64,000 nucleotides of DNA from an uncultured Verrucomicrobiae bacterium (GCA_963788655.1 CAWBHS010000006.1:1-64000), one strand, 5' to 3'. Positions 40,751 to 50,840 are shown, counted from the stretch's first letter. Notes: generated by a model from the letters alone, not told the origin. A program made the numbers and translations.

Positions 40751-42226
40751 ATGGTTATGTGTCCAAAGTGTCGATTCCATTTATTCCTAAAACGGACAAT
40801 TCGCCGATGGTGTCCGTTGCTGTTCGTTTTCTTGGGAACGCTCCCGGCCCTAAGCGCGCCGCCGCAACGTGGCTCGCTGCTGCAACCGTATTGGGCCAAC
40901 CGCCAACCCAATATCGTCTTCATCCTGGCGGACGGGCTTCGATACGACGACCTTGGTTGCTATGGCGGGGCGATCAAGACGCCGCACCTCGACCAATTGG
41001 CCGCGGAAGGCATGCGGTTCACCCAGGGCTACGCCGGCAGTCCGGACAGCGCCCCGTCGCGCGCCACATTGCTCACCGGATTGGACACCGGGCATGCGCG
41101 CGTTCGCGGTCCCGGTGAAGTGACCCTGCTGACCAACGATGTCACCGTGGCCGAAATTCTGCGGGATGCCGGCTACGCCACGGGGGTAATTGGCGAATGG
41201 GGCCTGGGGGTGGCATCGACACCTGAACGGCACCGGCTCCCGAAACCTGATGAGATGACGGTGTCGCTTGAAGAAGAGAATCAAGGAATCCCAACGAACC
41301 AGGGCTTTGACGAATGGCTCGGCTTCCTCAACCTGCAACACGCCGCCGACAGTTATCCCACGCAAATGTGGCGGAACGCGGAGGTGCTGCCACTCGATAA
41401 AAACTTCTACAACTACCGTGGCTTGTATGCGCCGGACTTGCTCACCCGGGCAGCGACCAATTTCGTGCGGATCAACAAATGGCAACCGTCATTCCTGTAC
41501 CTCGCTTCAACGCTGCCGCGCGCTCCGCACAATGATGTCGGCGATGTCGGACCGAGCCGGCCCGCCTTGGTTGCCCGCTTGGATGCGGATGTCGGGAAGC
41601 TCATGGCCGCGATCGTTCATTTGAAACTCGACACGAACACGGTCGTCTTCCTGGCCAGCGACCGCAGTCCCCGGCCAGAACGCAGTGAGTCACCGGATGC
41701 CCAAAAACAAGTCGAGCATTCCAGCGAACCTGCAAGCGATTTGACCGAAGCCCGGCTGCGCGTGCCCATGATCGTGCGGTGGCCGGGCAAAATTCCCGCG
41801 GGCAAAGTCACGGACCAACTCTGCGCCCTGTGGGATTTCCTGCCCACCGCGCTGGAAATCGCCGGAACCAATGCCCCGCCGGGCATCGATGGCATCTCGC
41901 TCTTACCCACGCTGCGCGGCCAACCGCAGACCACGCAGCACGATTTCCTCTATTGGGAGTGCCACCGCCAAACGACCCAGCAAGCGGTGCGCCTGAAGAA
42001 TTGGAAGGCGATCCGCTTGGCGCCCAATCAACCAATTGCGCTTTACGATCTCAAAGCCGATCCGACAGAAACCCACAACGTGGCGGCGCAACACCCGGAG
42101 GTCGTGAACCGCATGAAGCAGCTTCTCCAACAGGCGCGCACGGAATCCAAGCGTTGGCCGCTGAAGAATGCCCGTGAAAAGACCGCGGCCGCCGCCCAAC
42201 CCCGCGTGGCGGCCTCAACCAGGTGA
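40751..42226 (+). CDS. Sulfatase-fold protein with degenerate active site
   Basis: PNIVFILAD, SAPSRATLLTG, RVPMIVRWPG, LYDLKADPTE. Confidence 0.88.
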   Translation: MVMCPKCRFHLFLKRTIRRWCPLLFVFLGTLPALSAPPQRGSLLQPYWANRQPNIVFILADGLRYDDLGCYGGAIKTPHLDQLAAEGMRFTQGYAGSPDSAPSRATLLTGLDTGHARVRGPGEVTLLTNDVTVAEILRDAGYATGVIGEWGLGVASTPERHRLPKPDEMTVSLEEENQGIPTNQGFDEWLGFLNLQHAADSYPTQMWRNAEVLPLDKNFYNYRGLYAPDLLTRAATNFVRINKWQPSFLYLASTLPRAPHNDVGDVGPSRPALVARLDADVGKLMAAIVHLKLDTNTVVFLASDRSPRPERSESPDAQKQVEHSSEPASDLTEARLRVPMIVRWPGKIPAGKVTDQLCALWDFLPTALEIAGTNAPPGIDGISLLPTLRGQPQTTQHDFLYWECHRQTTQQAVRLKNWKAIRLAPNQPIALYDLKADPTETHNVAAQHPEVVNRMKQLLQQARTESKRWPLKNAREKTAAAAQPRVAASTR

Positions 42227-42229
42227 AGC

Positions 42230-43138
42230 ATGTTTTTCATCCTGCCAGTCGGAGTGGATTACCAGGCCCGGCGTTACCCGGTGGTGACGTTCACACTGAT
42301 TGGCCTCAACGTGGTGATGTGGCTTCTTTCGCTGGTGGCCAACGCCCACGGCACGGCGTTGCCGGGCGAGCTCAGTGAATGGGAAATGAACCTCTGGCTC
42401 ATTCCCGCCCATTCGGGCTGGCACGCCTACCTCACCACCCTGTTTGTTCATGCCGGCTTCCTGCACCTGCTGGGGAACATGGTTTATTTGTTCCTGTTTG
42501 GGTCACCCGTGGAAGATATTATCGGGCGCTGGCAGTTTGTGATCTTCTACTTGCTGGGGGGATTGGTGGCGGACTTTGCGCACATAGCCTTCACACCGGA
42601 ACACTTTGCTTCACTGATGCCTTTGGGCGGCGCCTCAGGAGCCGTCTCCGCCTGCATCGGTGGATTCATGCTGCTCCTGGCCAAAACCCGCATTGAGTTC
42701 AAATACTTGATCATTCTGTTCGTGCGGTTTTGGAGCGGCGAGTTCTTTCTGCCCGCCTGGCTCGTCATGTCCTTTTGGTTTTTGGAAGACTTGGTTTTTG
42801 CGGTGCTGAGTCTTGGTAGCAGCGGCGGCGGCACAGCATTCGGTGCGCACGTGGGCGGCTTTGCCAGCGGGATGGCGATGATTGCCCTTTACCAATTGCT
42901 GCAAAGACAATGGGGTGCGTCCGCGGAAGTGGACGACGAGCAAATCGAACTCGAACCAGCACCCATCCCGATGGATGCGGCAACCATTTACTTGTTCGAT
43001 GGGGTCAACCAATCGGGGCCGTTCAGTTCGACCCAAATTTCCCAAATGCTCGCGCTGGGCTCCATCACGGCCGACGCGATGTATTGGCAGGAAGGCATGC
43101 CCGACTGGGGCAGCGTACAGGAACTGGGGCTGGAATAA
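42230..43138 (+). CDS. Rhomboid intramembrane protease with C-terminal GYF_2-like domain
   Basis: HLLGNM, GASG, AHVGG; tail GPFS...YWQEGMPDW. Confidence 0.9.
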   Translation: MFFILPVGVDYQARRYPVVTFTLIGLNVVMWLLSLVANAHGTALPGELSEWEMNLWLIPAHSGWHAYLTTLFVHAGFLHLLGNMVYLFLFGSPVEDIIGRWQFVIFYLLGGLVADFAHIAFTPEHFASLMPLGGASGAVSACIGGFMLLLAKTRIEFKYLIILFVRFWSGEFFLPAWLVMSFWFLEDLVFAVLSLGSSGGGTAFGAHVGGFASGMAMIALYQLLQRQWGASAEVDDEQIELEPAPIPMDAATIYLFDGVNQSGPFSSTQISQMLALGSITADAMYWQEGMPDWGSVQELGLE

Positions 43139-43439
43139 GCGCGTTCCTGGCCCGGATATTTCCCTCTGACTTGAAACGCCAACGGGCCGTAGCTGCCGAC
43201 GAGCGGAGGTGGAATACAGTTGGGTTGCATCGTTTTCGCTTCCCGCTCGAATTCCCGACCATTGAGCAGATCAATCCTTGCCCGAGTTTTATCAATTGGC
43301 ACCCCGACCGCCTTCAGGTTTAGGCTGCGGGCGTATTGAAACAGAAAACCTGTGAACCAACTAACGCACGCCGCTTGAGGCGCAAGCTGCGGGCGCGTGG
43401 AACTGCCCGGACGGAGCGGGCTCAACGAAAGGTGTCGCC

Positions 43440-43820
43440 GTGCAATTGAATCTGACCATGGCCTGGTTGTGGATCGTAATGGGGTTTGCTACGGGAATGA
43501 TTCTCGGGCTGAATTTCCACCGCGAGAATTGGCTGGGAGGCTACGGCAGTCATCGCCGGCGGTTGTATCGGCTGGGCCACATTTCCTTTTTTGGCTTGGG
43601 CGTGGTCAACGCGATGTTTTACGGGACGGCCTCCGTTCTGCGTCTGGCTTCGCATTTCAGCCAGGTGGCTGCGTGGGCCTTCATTGTCGGGGCCGCGACG
43701 ATGCCGGTATGTTGCCTGATCATGGCGCATTGGCCCAAAGGGCGGATGCTGTTCGCGATTCCCGTCAGCAGCCTGCTCACCGGTGGGGTCTTAACTCTCT
43801 GGGAGATTATCAAATTATGA
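43440..43820 (+). CDS. Hypothetical four-TM membrane protein
   Basis: Hydrophobic helices, RRLYRLGH motif; ATGA overlap with the radical SAM gene. Confidence 0.7.
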   Translation: MQLNLTMAWLWIVMGFATGMILGLNFHRENWLGGYGSHRRRLYRLGHISFFGLGVVNAMFYGTASVLRLASHFSQVAAWAFIVGAATMPVCCLIMAHWPKGRMLFAIPVSSLLTGGVLTLWEIIKL

Positions 43821-45175
43821 AGAAGATCGGATTCATTGCCATGAGTGGGATTCGGGCGCAGAACCAGGAACTGCTCAAACTCGGGCTGACCCTGCCGGGA
43901 TTTGTCGAGCGCAGCAAAGTCATTGCGTCGCTGCCCAGTTTGTCGTTGCTGACCCTCGCGGGCCTGACGCCGGACAGGTATGCGGTGGAGTATCGCGAGA
44001 TTCAGGATCTGCAACAGGCGGGGCCATTGCCGGAGGACTACGACCTGGTGGCGATCACTTCCTTGTCCGCGCAGATGACCGAAGCTTACAAGGTCGCCGA
44101 TTTCTATCGCCGCCAATCGGTGCCCGTAGTGATGGGCGGCTTGCACGTGACCGCCGTACCGGACGAAGCACAGGAACACGGCGCCAGCGCGGTAGTGGGC
44201 GAAGGCGAACCGTTGTGGCCGGAAGTACTGGCGGACTTCGAACGGAACGCACTGAAGCCCATGTATCGCTCGCGGGCGGCCCGGCGCTTTGACCTGCGGG
44301 ATGCGCCGATGCCCCGCTTCGAGTTGCTGGAACCGGACAAGTATAACCGGCTCACCGTCCAAACCAGCCGGGGCTGTCCGCACGCCTGCGAGTTTTGCGC
44401 CAGTTCGATCCTGCTCACGCCGCGGTACCAACTCAAGCCGGTGCCCAAGGTGATCGCGGAAATCCAGGCCATCAAACGCATCTGGCCGCGGCCGTTCATC
44501 GAATTTGCCGATGACAATAGTTTTGTGCATCGCAGCCACGCCAAGGAATTGCTCCGGGCGCTAGCGCGGGAAAAGGTGTCCTGGTTCACCGAGGCGGACC
44601 TGAAGGTGGCCGACGACGATGAACTGCTGGGCCTGATGCGCGACTCCGGTTGCCAACAGGTGTTGATCGGCCTCGAAAGCCCGCGCCCGGCCAGCCTCGA
44701 TGGGATCGAGTTACACGGCAATTGGAAGTGGCGCCAGCGGGAGCGTTACTTCGAAGCGATTGCCAAAATCCAATCCTACGGCCTCACCGTGAACGGCTGC
44801 TTCATCCTGGGTTTGGACGGCGACACGCCCGAGGTGTTTGCCGAGGTGTTGGATTTTGTGCGCGCCTCCGGTTTGTACGAGGTGCAGATCACGCTGCTGA
44901 CGGTGTTTCCGGGAACACCGTTGGAACGGCGACTGAGAGCGGAGGGCCGGCTCATCCGCGAGCGAGCCTGGGAGTTGTGTACCTTGTTCGACCTTAACGT
45001 CGTGCCGAAAAACATGAGCGTCGCCGAACTACAACAAGGATTTGTCCAGTTGGCCGAACAGTTGTATTCCGCCGACGAAACCCATCGCCGGCGGCGCCGC
45101 TTCAAGACCCGGTTGAAAACCTCACCGAATTTCCGCCGGCGAAGCCGCACGCGCCAGGCGGCGTTGCCTGCTTGA
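43817..45175 (+). CDS. B12-binding domain radical SAM protein
   Basis: VVMGGLHVT, GEGE, SRGCPHACEFC, FADDN, IGLES. Confidence 0.92.
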   Translation: MKKIGFIAMSGIRAQNQELLKLGLTLPGFVERSKVIASLPSLSLLTLAGLTPDRYAVEYREIQDLQQAGPLPEDYDLVAITSLSAQMTEAYKVADFYRRQSVPVVMGGLHVTAVPDEAQEHGASAVVGEGEPLWPEVLADFERNALKPMYRSRAARRFDLRDAPMPRFELLEPDKYNRLTVQTSRGCPHACEFCASSILLTPRYQLKPVPKVIAEIQAIKRIWPRPFIEFADDNSFVHRSHAKELLRALAREKVSWFTEADLKVADDDELLGLMRDSGCQQVLIGLESPRPASLDGIELHGNWKWRQRERYFEAIAKIQSYGLTVNGCFILGLDGDTPEVFAEVLDFVRASGLYEVQITLLTVFPGTPLERRLRAEGRLIRERAWELCTLFDLNVVPKNMSVAELQQGFVQLAEQLYSADETHRRRRRFKTRLKTSPNFRRRSRTRQAALPA

Positions 45176-45251
45176 CGCTCCACCCCACGCTTCGGACGAT
45201 AAAACCCGTGCGTAACGATGCCCGAGGCTCGTTCGGTGACGGATGCGCAGA

Positions 45252-45421
45252 GGTAGGGCGAGACTCCGTCGAGCCCAAACATCCCCGCATCGTGTTCGCC
45301 AACCTGGCAACGTCAACGCGGGAAGCTTTCGGCATTCGAGTATCAAGAAACTCCCTCTGCTCGGCACGGCATTGACGGACGCGCTCAGGGAAGTCAGGGC
45401 TCGACGGAGTCTCGCCCTACC
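45252..45421. repeat. GTAG-type REP inverted pair
   Basis: ggtagggcgagactccgtcgagccc and its exact inverse. Confidence 0.85.
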
Positions 45422-45550
45422 CGAACTGCCTGGGTTTGGATTTGACACAGCCATCAAAGTGACATTTCATTGGGGCGTTATGGAAAATTATTTTCTGCCT
45501 AGTTGTGTTATCCAAGTCGTTGGTACGGCTGAACAGCGTTGGCCGGAAAC

Positions 45551-46072
45551 ATGCACATGACAGCCGCAGCCACAAGCCAGAAGAAAGCTGCGCTCCTTGA
45601 GTTGGCAAAGAGCATCCGTTCGCACGAGGACTGGTGGCTCTTTCCGGCCCAAGACCCGGTTCAGGGGTTTATGGGTACAGATCCGATATTCATCGTCGGG
45701 GATCAGCCATCGAGAAGCGAATGGCCGCCCGAACATCCAAACAGGAAGGCTTTCTACGGACACCTCGAAAAAGTCGGAGTGCCAAATGCCCACTTAACCG
45801 ATCTTTACAAGAAACGTGGAGCGTGTGGCGCATTGAGTGCGGGTCTGCCGGACGATTTTCACGATCACGTGAGCCTGTTTCGGAGGGAGATCGAGATTCT
45901 GCAACCTATACGCATTGTGGCATTGGGGCATCTTGCTTACCGCTTGCTAATGCAGCATGTAGCCGAGTGGCGACCCACATTGAGGCGCATGTGGCACTTC
46001 TCCTATGTGGTTCGATACGGCAAGCTGTCCCAGTATGAAGCCAACATACGTAGGGCTATTTGGGATGCGTGA
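45551..46072 (+). CDS. Divergent uracil-DNA glycosylase superfamily protein (cassette)
   Basis: IFIVGDQPS, LTDLYK, EIEILQPIRIVALG, WHFSY match the UDG motif layout. Confidence 0.7.
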   Translation: MHMTAAATSQKKAALLELAKSIRSHEDWWLFPAQDPVQGFMGTDPIFIVGDQPSRSEWPPEHPNRKAFYGHLEKVGVPNAHLTDLYKKRGACGALSAGLPDDFHDHVSLFRREIEILQPIRIVALGHLAYRLLMQHVAEWRPTLRRMWHFSYVVRYGKLSQYEANIRRAIWDA

Positions 46073-46086
46073 CACCAAATGAAACC

Positions 46087-46179
46087 GGCTATCAAAATCC
46101 TTGGAGCGAACGCGGGCGGGCCACGTCAGTTGGCAATGCGGAGGCGCTGGGCCGGCCGCGTCGCTCTGTTCTTTTCGGC
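46087..46179 (+). mobile_element. attC-like site (degenerate R boxes)
   Basis: gagcga[a]cgcgggcgggcca pairs with tgggccggccgcgtcgctc; R'' ggctatc, R' tttcggc. Confidence 0.65.
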
Positions 46180-46194
46180 TGAAAAGGACGCGCT

Positions 46195-46689
46195 ATGGCA
46201 AAAGTAGGTCGCAATGATCCCTGTCCGTGCGGCAGAGGCAGAAAATACAAGAAGTGTTGCATGGAAGCCGACGAGCAGCGGAGGCCAGCAGGAGTCGCTC
46301 GCGGCAGCGATCCCCTTCCCGCATACCGGATCGCCGAAACGGAAGTGGACGCGCTCTCCAACAGTGTTATCGACTTGATCGAGGCTGGCGATTTCGGTGC
46401 TGCCGAGGCGGCCTGTCGCCGACTCCAGGAGGAGTATCCGGATCAGGTGGATGGCATCTGGCGGTTGGCGTCCGTGCATGAGGCTCGTGGAGACCGCGCG
46501 GCAGCGGCCGATTGTTATCGAGCGGCTGCGGAGTTCGCGCGCTCACACGACGGTTTTGAGGAGCAGAGTATCACCGACATGATCGAAGCGGCTGAACGAA
46601 TGGAAGCCGAAAGAGCTGCACCGAATGGCGGTCCCGCGACGCCGTTTGGCAGTTCGGGAGTCACCGATGGGTCGCCATCGGTGCCCTGA
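46195..46689 (+). CDS. SEC-C motif / TPR-like protein (cassette); C-terminus reads into attC
   Basis: GRNDPCPCGRGRKYKKCC; helical repeat body. Confidence 0.85.
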   Translation: MAKVGRNDPCPCGRGRKYKKCCMEADEQRRPAGVARGSDPLPAYRIAETEVDALSNSVIDLIEAGDFGAAEAACRRLQEEYPDQVDGIWRLASVHEARGDRAAAADCYRAAAEFARSHDGFEEQSITDMIEAAERMEAERAAPNGGPATPFGSSGVTDGSPSVP

Positions 46690-46698
46690 TCGTTGGGT
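46605..46698 (+). mobile_element. attC site
   Basis: gcaccga[a]tggcg pairs with cgccatcggtgc; canonical R' GTTGGGT at 46692; R'' agccgaaa with shortened spacer. Confidence 0.75.
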
Positions 46699-46707
46699 GT
46701 GGCCCTT

Positions 46708-46986
46708 ATGAGCACAATTCTATTCTTCTTCGCGTGTATGTCGGGAATATGCGCCTTCGGATTCCTTTTGACGGCGGCTGTCAGCTTTCAGCAGTTGGGT
46801 GCGCCGGGGAAATCGGCCTCTTTTCTGACACGCTGGATGCACATGCTTTCTGGCGGGTGGATTTCGGCAGCCCGAGGCATGGCCAAGAATTGGTCTCGGG
46901 AGCAGGAGCTGAGGCGACTGATGTATCTGGGATGCACAGCCCTGGTGGTAGCCGTAATCTGCGCGGTTCTAGCATTCAGTATCTAA
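46708..46986 (+). CDS. Hypothetical two-TM membrane protein (cassette)
   Basis: Two hydrophobic segments; bounded by GTTGGGTG and complementary CACCCAAC. Confidence 0.65.
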   Translation: MSTILFFFACMSGICAFGFLLTAAVSFQQLGAPGKSASFLTRWMHMLSGGWISAARGMAKNWSREQELRRLMYLGCTALVVAVICAVLAFSI

Positions 46987-46999
46987 TGACCACGCAACC

Positions 47000-47110
47000 A
47001 CCCAACCACCTTTCCAATGGAGCCAATCCCTCGCGTCGGAGCGAGTTTGGCGATTTCTGGGACATTGCGCGGCACAGCAGCAGCGAGGCGCTCCACCAAC
47101 TCGCGAGCCA
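47000..47110 (+). mobile_element. Decayed attC-like site
   Basis: R'' ACCCAAC; tggagc..cctcgc pairs with gcgagg..gctcca; R' lost. Confidence 0.45.
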
Positions 47111-47219
47111 GACGCATGGCGCCGGAACAGGTGCTTCGCCTGAATGAGCGATGAGCGTATGACGCGGAGGTCCAACGGATCGGCAGGTGGTTACCCGTGG
47201 CGTTCGACTATTTTGCATG

Positions 47220-47570
47220 GCGATTTTAACACAAGCATTTCTCATTGCTCTCCGTGTCCTCCGTGCTCTGTGGTTTAATGGAGATTGATAAAGATTAAAC
47301 GAGGGGCAGCGGGCAAAGTGCGGCTGTGAAAGAGGCAGATCACAAAAGTCTAATTTAAGGTTCGGTCGCCGCCTATCCCGTAGGACAGCCGTCCCGGCTG
47401 TTCCGAACTTCCAAACAGCGTTCAGCATTACCTGAAACGGTCTGCTGGAAGTGGGCGTCCTTTGCCGCTCGGGACCGGCGGGACGCCTGTCCTACGGTTG
47501 GCGGCGCGGCGGTCACATCGATTACATGCCGAGCCGTTTCAGGGAGTGCTCAACCCGTTTCCAAACTCCA
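47220..47570. repeat. Composite of decayed MITE ends, short tandem repeats and a GTAGGACAG REP pair
   Basis: attttaacaca (as at 29172), ctccgtgtcctccgtg, gtaggacagccgtcccggctg, gggacgcctgtcctac. Confidence 0.6.
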
Positions 47571-47606
47571 TCAATGGCCAGTTGCATCGAACCGGTGTTA
47601 CTCCCA

Positions 47607-50600
47607 TCACCCCATCCATTCTGTCGTCACCTCGATCGCCTGGCCGGCTTCAAGGGTGCGTCCGTCAAAGGTCACTGCCACCTTCGTGCCTTCGGCTTTC
47701 CACTTGGTCGGCACTGCGTTTCCGCCGACCGTCAGCTTCACCGCGTTGACTTTGGAACCTTTGGGCAGTTGTTGCACGATTTCCTGGAGGGCGAGGCGGC
47801 CCCATTTGACTTCGAATCGGTTGGTCTGTTTGCGCGCATTGCGTTGTTGGCTGGCGAGGCCCCAGCCTTCGGCGCTGGTAAAGAGCGCCTGGAAATTGTC
47901 CGGCTGGAGATGAGGCGCCAAACCGATCCGCTTGGCGGGGCCATGAAACTCGAAGCCGCACAACGCGGTGAACACGCCCCAACTGGCCATCGCCCGCGCG
48001 TAGTGGTCGCCGCATTCGATCTCGTTCCAGGGATTGTGCTTGGCCGGATGATAGCGGTCGTGGATGGCGCGGCAGATCGCCAGCGCTTCGGTCAGCATGT
48101 CTTCCCAAACCAGATGACCGGCCACTTGGTATTCGATGCCGGTCCAAATTTCATTGCGGTAGCGGGTGGATTTCGGCCCCAGATGTTTGCTCTGGGGCCA
48201 GGTGCAGGTGAACAGTCCGGCTTCGCCCGGATAGGCGAACCAACGTTCGGGCTTGTGCGCCTGGTTCTGCGGCCCGATGTCCGGAGCCCAGCAATATTTC
48301 CAGACCGACTGCAATGCCGACCGCACTTGCGGTGTCGGGTAGAGGTAACCCAGTCCGACTTGATGCGCCCAGCCTTGGCCAAACATCTGGTCGGCCAAAC
48401 AACCGTTGGCGTATTGCCAGTCGGGATGCTTTTTCAGGTCCACGTCCTGGATGAAGTATTCCCCGTTGAACAAGCGTTTGCTGGAAAGCTTCGAGCCGGA
48501 CTCGAACAGCTTGCGGCAGGTTTGGGCGAATTCGGTGTCGCCCATCTCGCGGGCCATTTCTTCGGCCGCCCGCAAAGCGCCCAGGTACAACGAACCGACC
48601 ATGGTGTTGGGACCAAAGTAATTTTGGTCGTAGGTCTGGTGCTGGCTGCCTTCGAGAAGTCCATTGGCGTCGCCATCTTCCTTGATCAGAAACTCCACCG
48701 CTTTGCGGATGTTCGGCCAGTTGCGTTTGAGAAAACCGGCATCGGACGAAACCAGGTGTTCGCGGTAGGCTTTTAGAATGTATCCGCCTTGGGCATCGCC
48801 AGCCCAGGCACCCCAACCCTCGCCGCGGAAGGCAATCGCGCCATTGCCCCAGAGGCCGACGCCGGGCGCGAAGTCCTGCATCTCGCGGACGGATCGTTCC
48901 AGGCGCGGAAACAACCGGGCCAGGGCGTGTTCGTAATTCCACACATGACCGCAGGTGCCATGGCAGCAACCGCAGCCCTCCCAACCCCAGAACCGGCCGT
49001 TCTCCCACCATTGGCCGGTGGTCGTAGCCAGATTACTTATAGTCGAGTGCAGCCGATCCAGCAGCCAATGCGGCAGCGTTGATTGATAATAGGTGTCGTG
49101 CCACAGCCGCGTGTCACGGGCGAGGCGTTCCCGGTTGCCCGAGATGTATTCGGCCACTGCCAGGGCATTGCCGAAACGCTTGGCGTAGTAATTCCCCACC
49201 CGCTTTTTGTCACGGTGCAAATTGGGAATGTGCCAGGAAACCACGAAGGTGATTTCCGCATCTGCCCCGGGCTTTAGCATTACCGTCCGGCCCACGGCGC
49301 CGACGAGCGGACTGGCAAGTTGCGCGCCGGAATTCTCGGCGGACTTGGTTTCGGAATTGATAAACAGTTGCGGTGACAAGCCATTGATTTGGGTGGCGTC
49401 AACTTGCGGCCGGGCGAATGTTCCGTCATTGGCCAGAACGGCAATGGCCATCGTGCCGTAGTCGAGTTGCTCGACGAGGTTACCGGGTTGCCCGGAGGCC
49501 GGTTCATCGCGGAACTCGATTTGGTCGATATTGACATGGCCCCAGGCGCCGGAATCCGCATCGACAATTTCCAGGCGCGCCTTCTTGCCGGCAAATTCGC
49601 GGACATTCCAATTTGCGGGTTCGAGGCGTTCGTTGTCCTTGCCGGTTATCGTGCGCACCACTTTGCCGTCCACTAGCAGGTTCATACAGGTCTGGTTCTT
49701 GTGGCTGCCGCCTCCAACCAGGAAACTGATCCAATCGCGTTCGATGGTGAACTCCGGCGATGTCAATTTGCCGTGGGGCACGTCACCGCCGAGGAACGTG
49801 TTCACCAAGCCCTTGCCGGCAAAGCCGCTGACGTCTTGTTGTTTCTCCAGCGTGCCCGTGGCCGGCCGGCTGCCGAAGGCTTCGCCTTCCACCTTCCAAT
49901 CGCCGTAGTTCTGTCCTTCGAAATCGGCAAACACGGTCGGCGGGCGCGCGGGAGTCTGCGCGGCTGTTTCGACCTTCAGCACACGGCAGTTAATCGCTGT
50001 GAGTCCACTCCGGCTTACGGCGCGGTTTTCACGTTCCATTACTCCAGCGAACTGCGCTTGCGAATGTCGGCAGACGGCGTTTTGCAGCCAGCCCACGAGG
50101 CTGACTTCCAGGTCCGTGGCGGAGGTGTTTTTCAAGTGGTAATTCAACAACGTGGCGGGCAGCGCGGAATCCTCTTCGTTCAGCGGAATGAACGGTGAAA
50201 ACGCTTCGAGTCGCACTTCCAACGGCAGGGTTTTGTCCGGATATTCCACCCAGCCAATTGGGTATTCCCCGCAGAAGCGTGTCGCCGGAAATCCCTCGCG
50301 ATTCAACGGCCGCACGGTGACCTTGCCGCCTTGACGGACCCGCAGGGCCACGCCTTGTTCCAGCGGCGGCATTTCAAAAAGCTTCTGCGGATTGGCGGCC
50401 ACGGAAGGTTCGCGGCCCACCTGGTAATTTTTCGCGCCGTAGCCGGAGTTGTGTTGCTGATTGAAAATATCCCAGTAAGTCAACCGTCCGTCGCCAGTCA
50501 GATAGACTTGGCCGGCGCAGATCCCGCCGATCGGCATACCGATGGTCTTCAGCTCGCGGCCTTGGTACCAGGTGCGCTCGCTGCGGGCAAAGAGGGCGTT

Positions 50601-50840
50601 CACCCATTCGGGCCGCAGTTTTTTGTCCGCGGGCACGTAATGGTCAACCGTGTCCTGGCTGTCAAACGGTCCCGCAAACGGCAATTCCCACGGCAGCGGC
50701 AAGGTTGCCCCGAGGGTGATGCCCGCCGCCTTGAGGAAGTCGCGGCGGGCGATGCCGGCTGGGCGGACGGCAGAAGGTGATTGTTCGTGGCTTGAGACAG
50801 GAGTGGTTTCAGCCGGAGGATTTTTCTTTTTCATGGCCAT
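47607..50840 (-). CDS. Tat-exported GH116-family glycosidase with an inserted beta-sandwich domain
   Basis: ARRDFLK, GMPIGGI, GWEG, EIWTGIEY, NPWNEIECGDHYARAM; insert DFEG..WGHVNIDQI. Confidence 0.88.
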   Translation of the reverse strand: MAMKKKNPPAETTPVSSHEQSPSAVRPAGIARRDFLKAAGITLGATLPLPWELPFAGPFDSQDTVDHYVPADKKLRPEWVNALFARSERTWYQGRELKTIGMPIGGICAGQVYLTGDGRLTYWDIFNQQHNSGYGAKNYQVGREPSVAANPQKLFEMPPLEQGVALRVRQGGKVTVRPLNREGFPATRFCGEYPIGWVEYPDKTLPLEVRLEAFSPFIPLNEEDSALPATLLNYHLKNTSATDLEVSLVGWLQNAVCRHSQAQFAGVMERENRAVSRSGLTAINCRVLKVETAAQTPARPPTVFADFEGQNYGDWKVEGEAFGSRPATGTLEKQQDVSGFAGKGLVNTFLGGDVPHGKLTSPEFTIERDWISFLVGGGSHKNQTCMNLLVDGKVVRTITGKDNERLEPANWNVREFAGKKARLEIVDADSGAWGHVNIDQIEFRDEPASGQPGNLVEQLDYGTMAIAVLANDGTFARPQVDATQINGLSPQLFINSETKSAENSGAQLASPLVGAVGRTVMLKPGADAEITFVVSWHIPNLHRDKKRVGNYYAKRFGNALAVAEYISGNRERLARDTRLWHDTYYQSTLPHWLLDRLHSTISNLATTTGQWWENGRFWGWEGCGCCHGTCGHVWNYEHALARLFPRLERSVREMQDFAPGVGLWGNGAIAFRGEGWGAWAGDAQGGYILKAYREHLVSSDAGFLKRNWPNIRKAVEFLIKEDGDANGLLEGSQHQTYDQNYFGPNTMVGSLYLGALRAAEEMAREMGDTEFAQTCRKLFESGSKLSSKRLFNGEYFIQDVDLKKHPDWQYANGCLADQMFGQGWAHQVGLGYLYPTPQVRSALQSVWKYCWAPDIGPQNQAHKPERWFAYPGEAGLFTCTWPQSKHLGPKSTRYRNEIWTGIEYQVAGHLVWEDMLTEALAICRAIHDRYHPAKHNPWNEIECGDHYARAMASWGVFTALCGFEFHGPAKRIGLAPHLQPDNFQALFTSAEGWGLASQQRNARKQTNRFEVKWGRLALQEIVQQLPKGSKVNAVKLTVGGNAVPTKWKAEGTKVAVTFDGRTLEAGQAIEVTTEWMG

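Larger units (their letters stand above)
45538..47110 (+). mobile_element. Integron gene-cassette cluster 2 (three cassettes, no integrase in window)
   Basis: Three co-oriented short ORFs, each preceded by a core-like site and followed by an attC-like imperfect palindrome. Confidence 0.75.
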
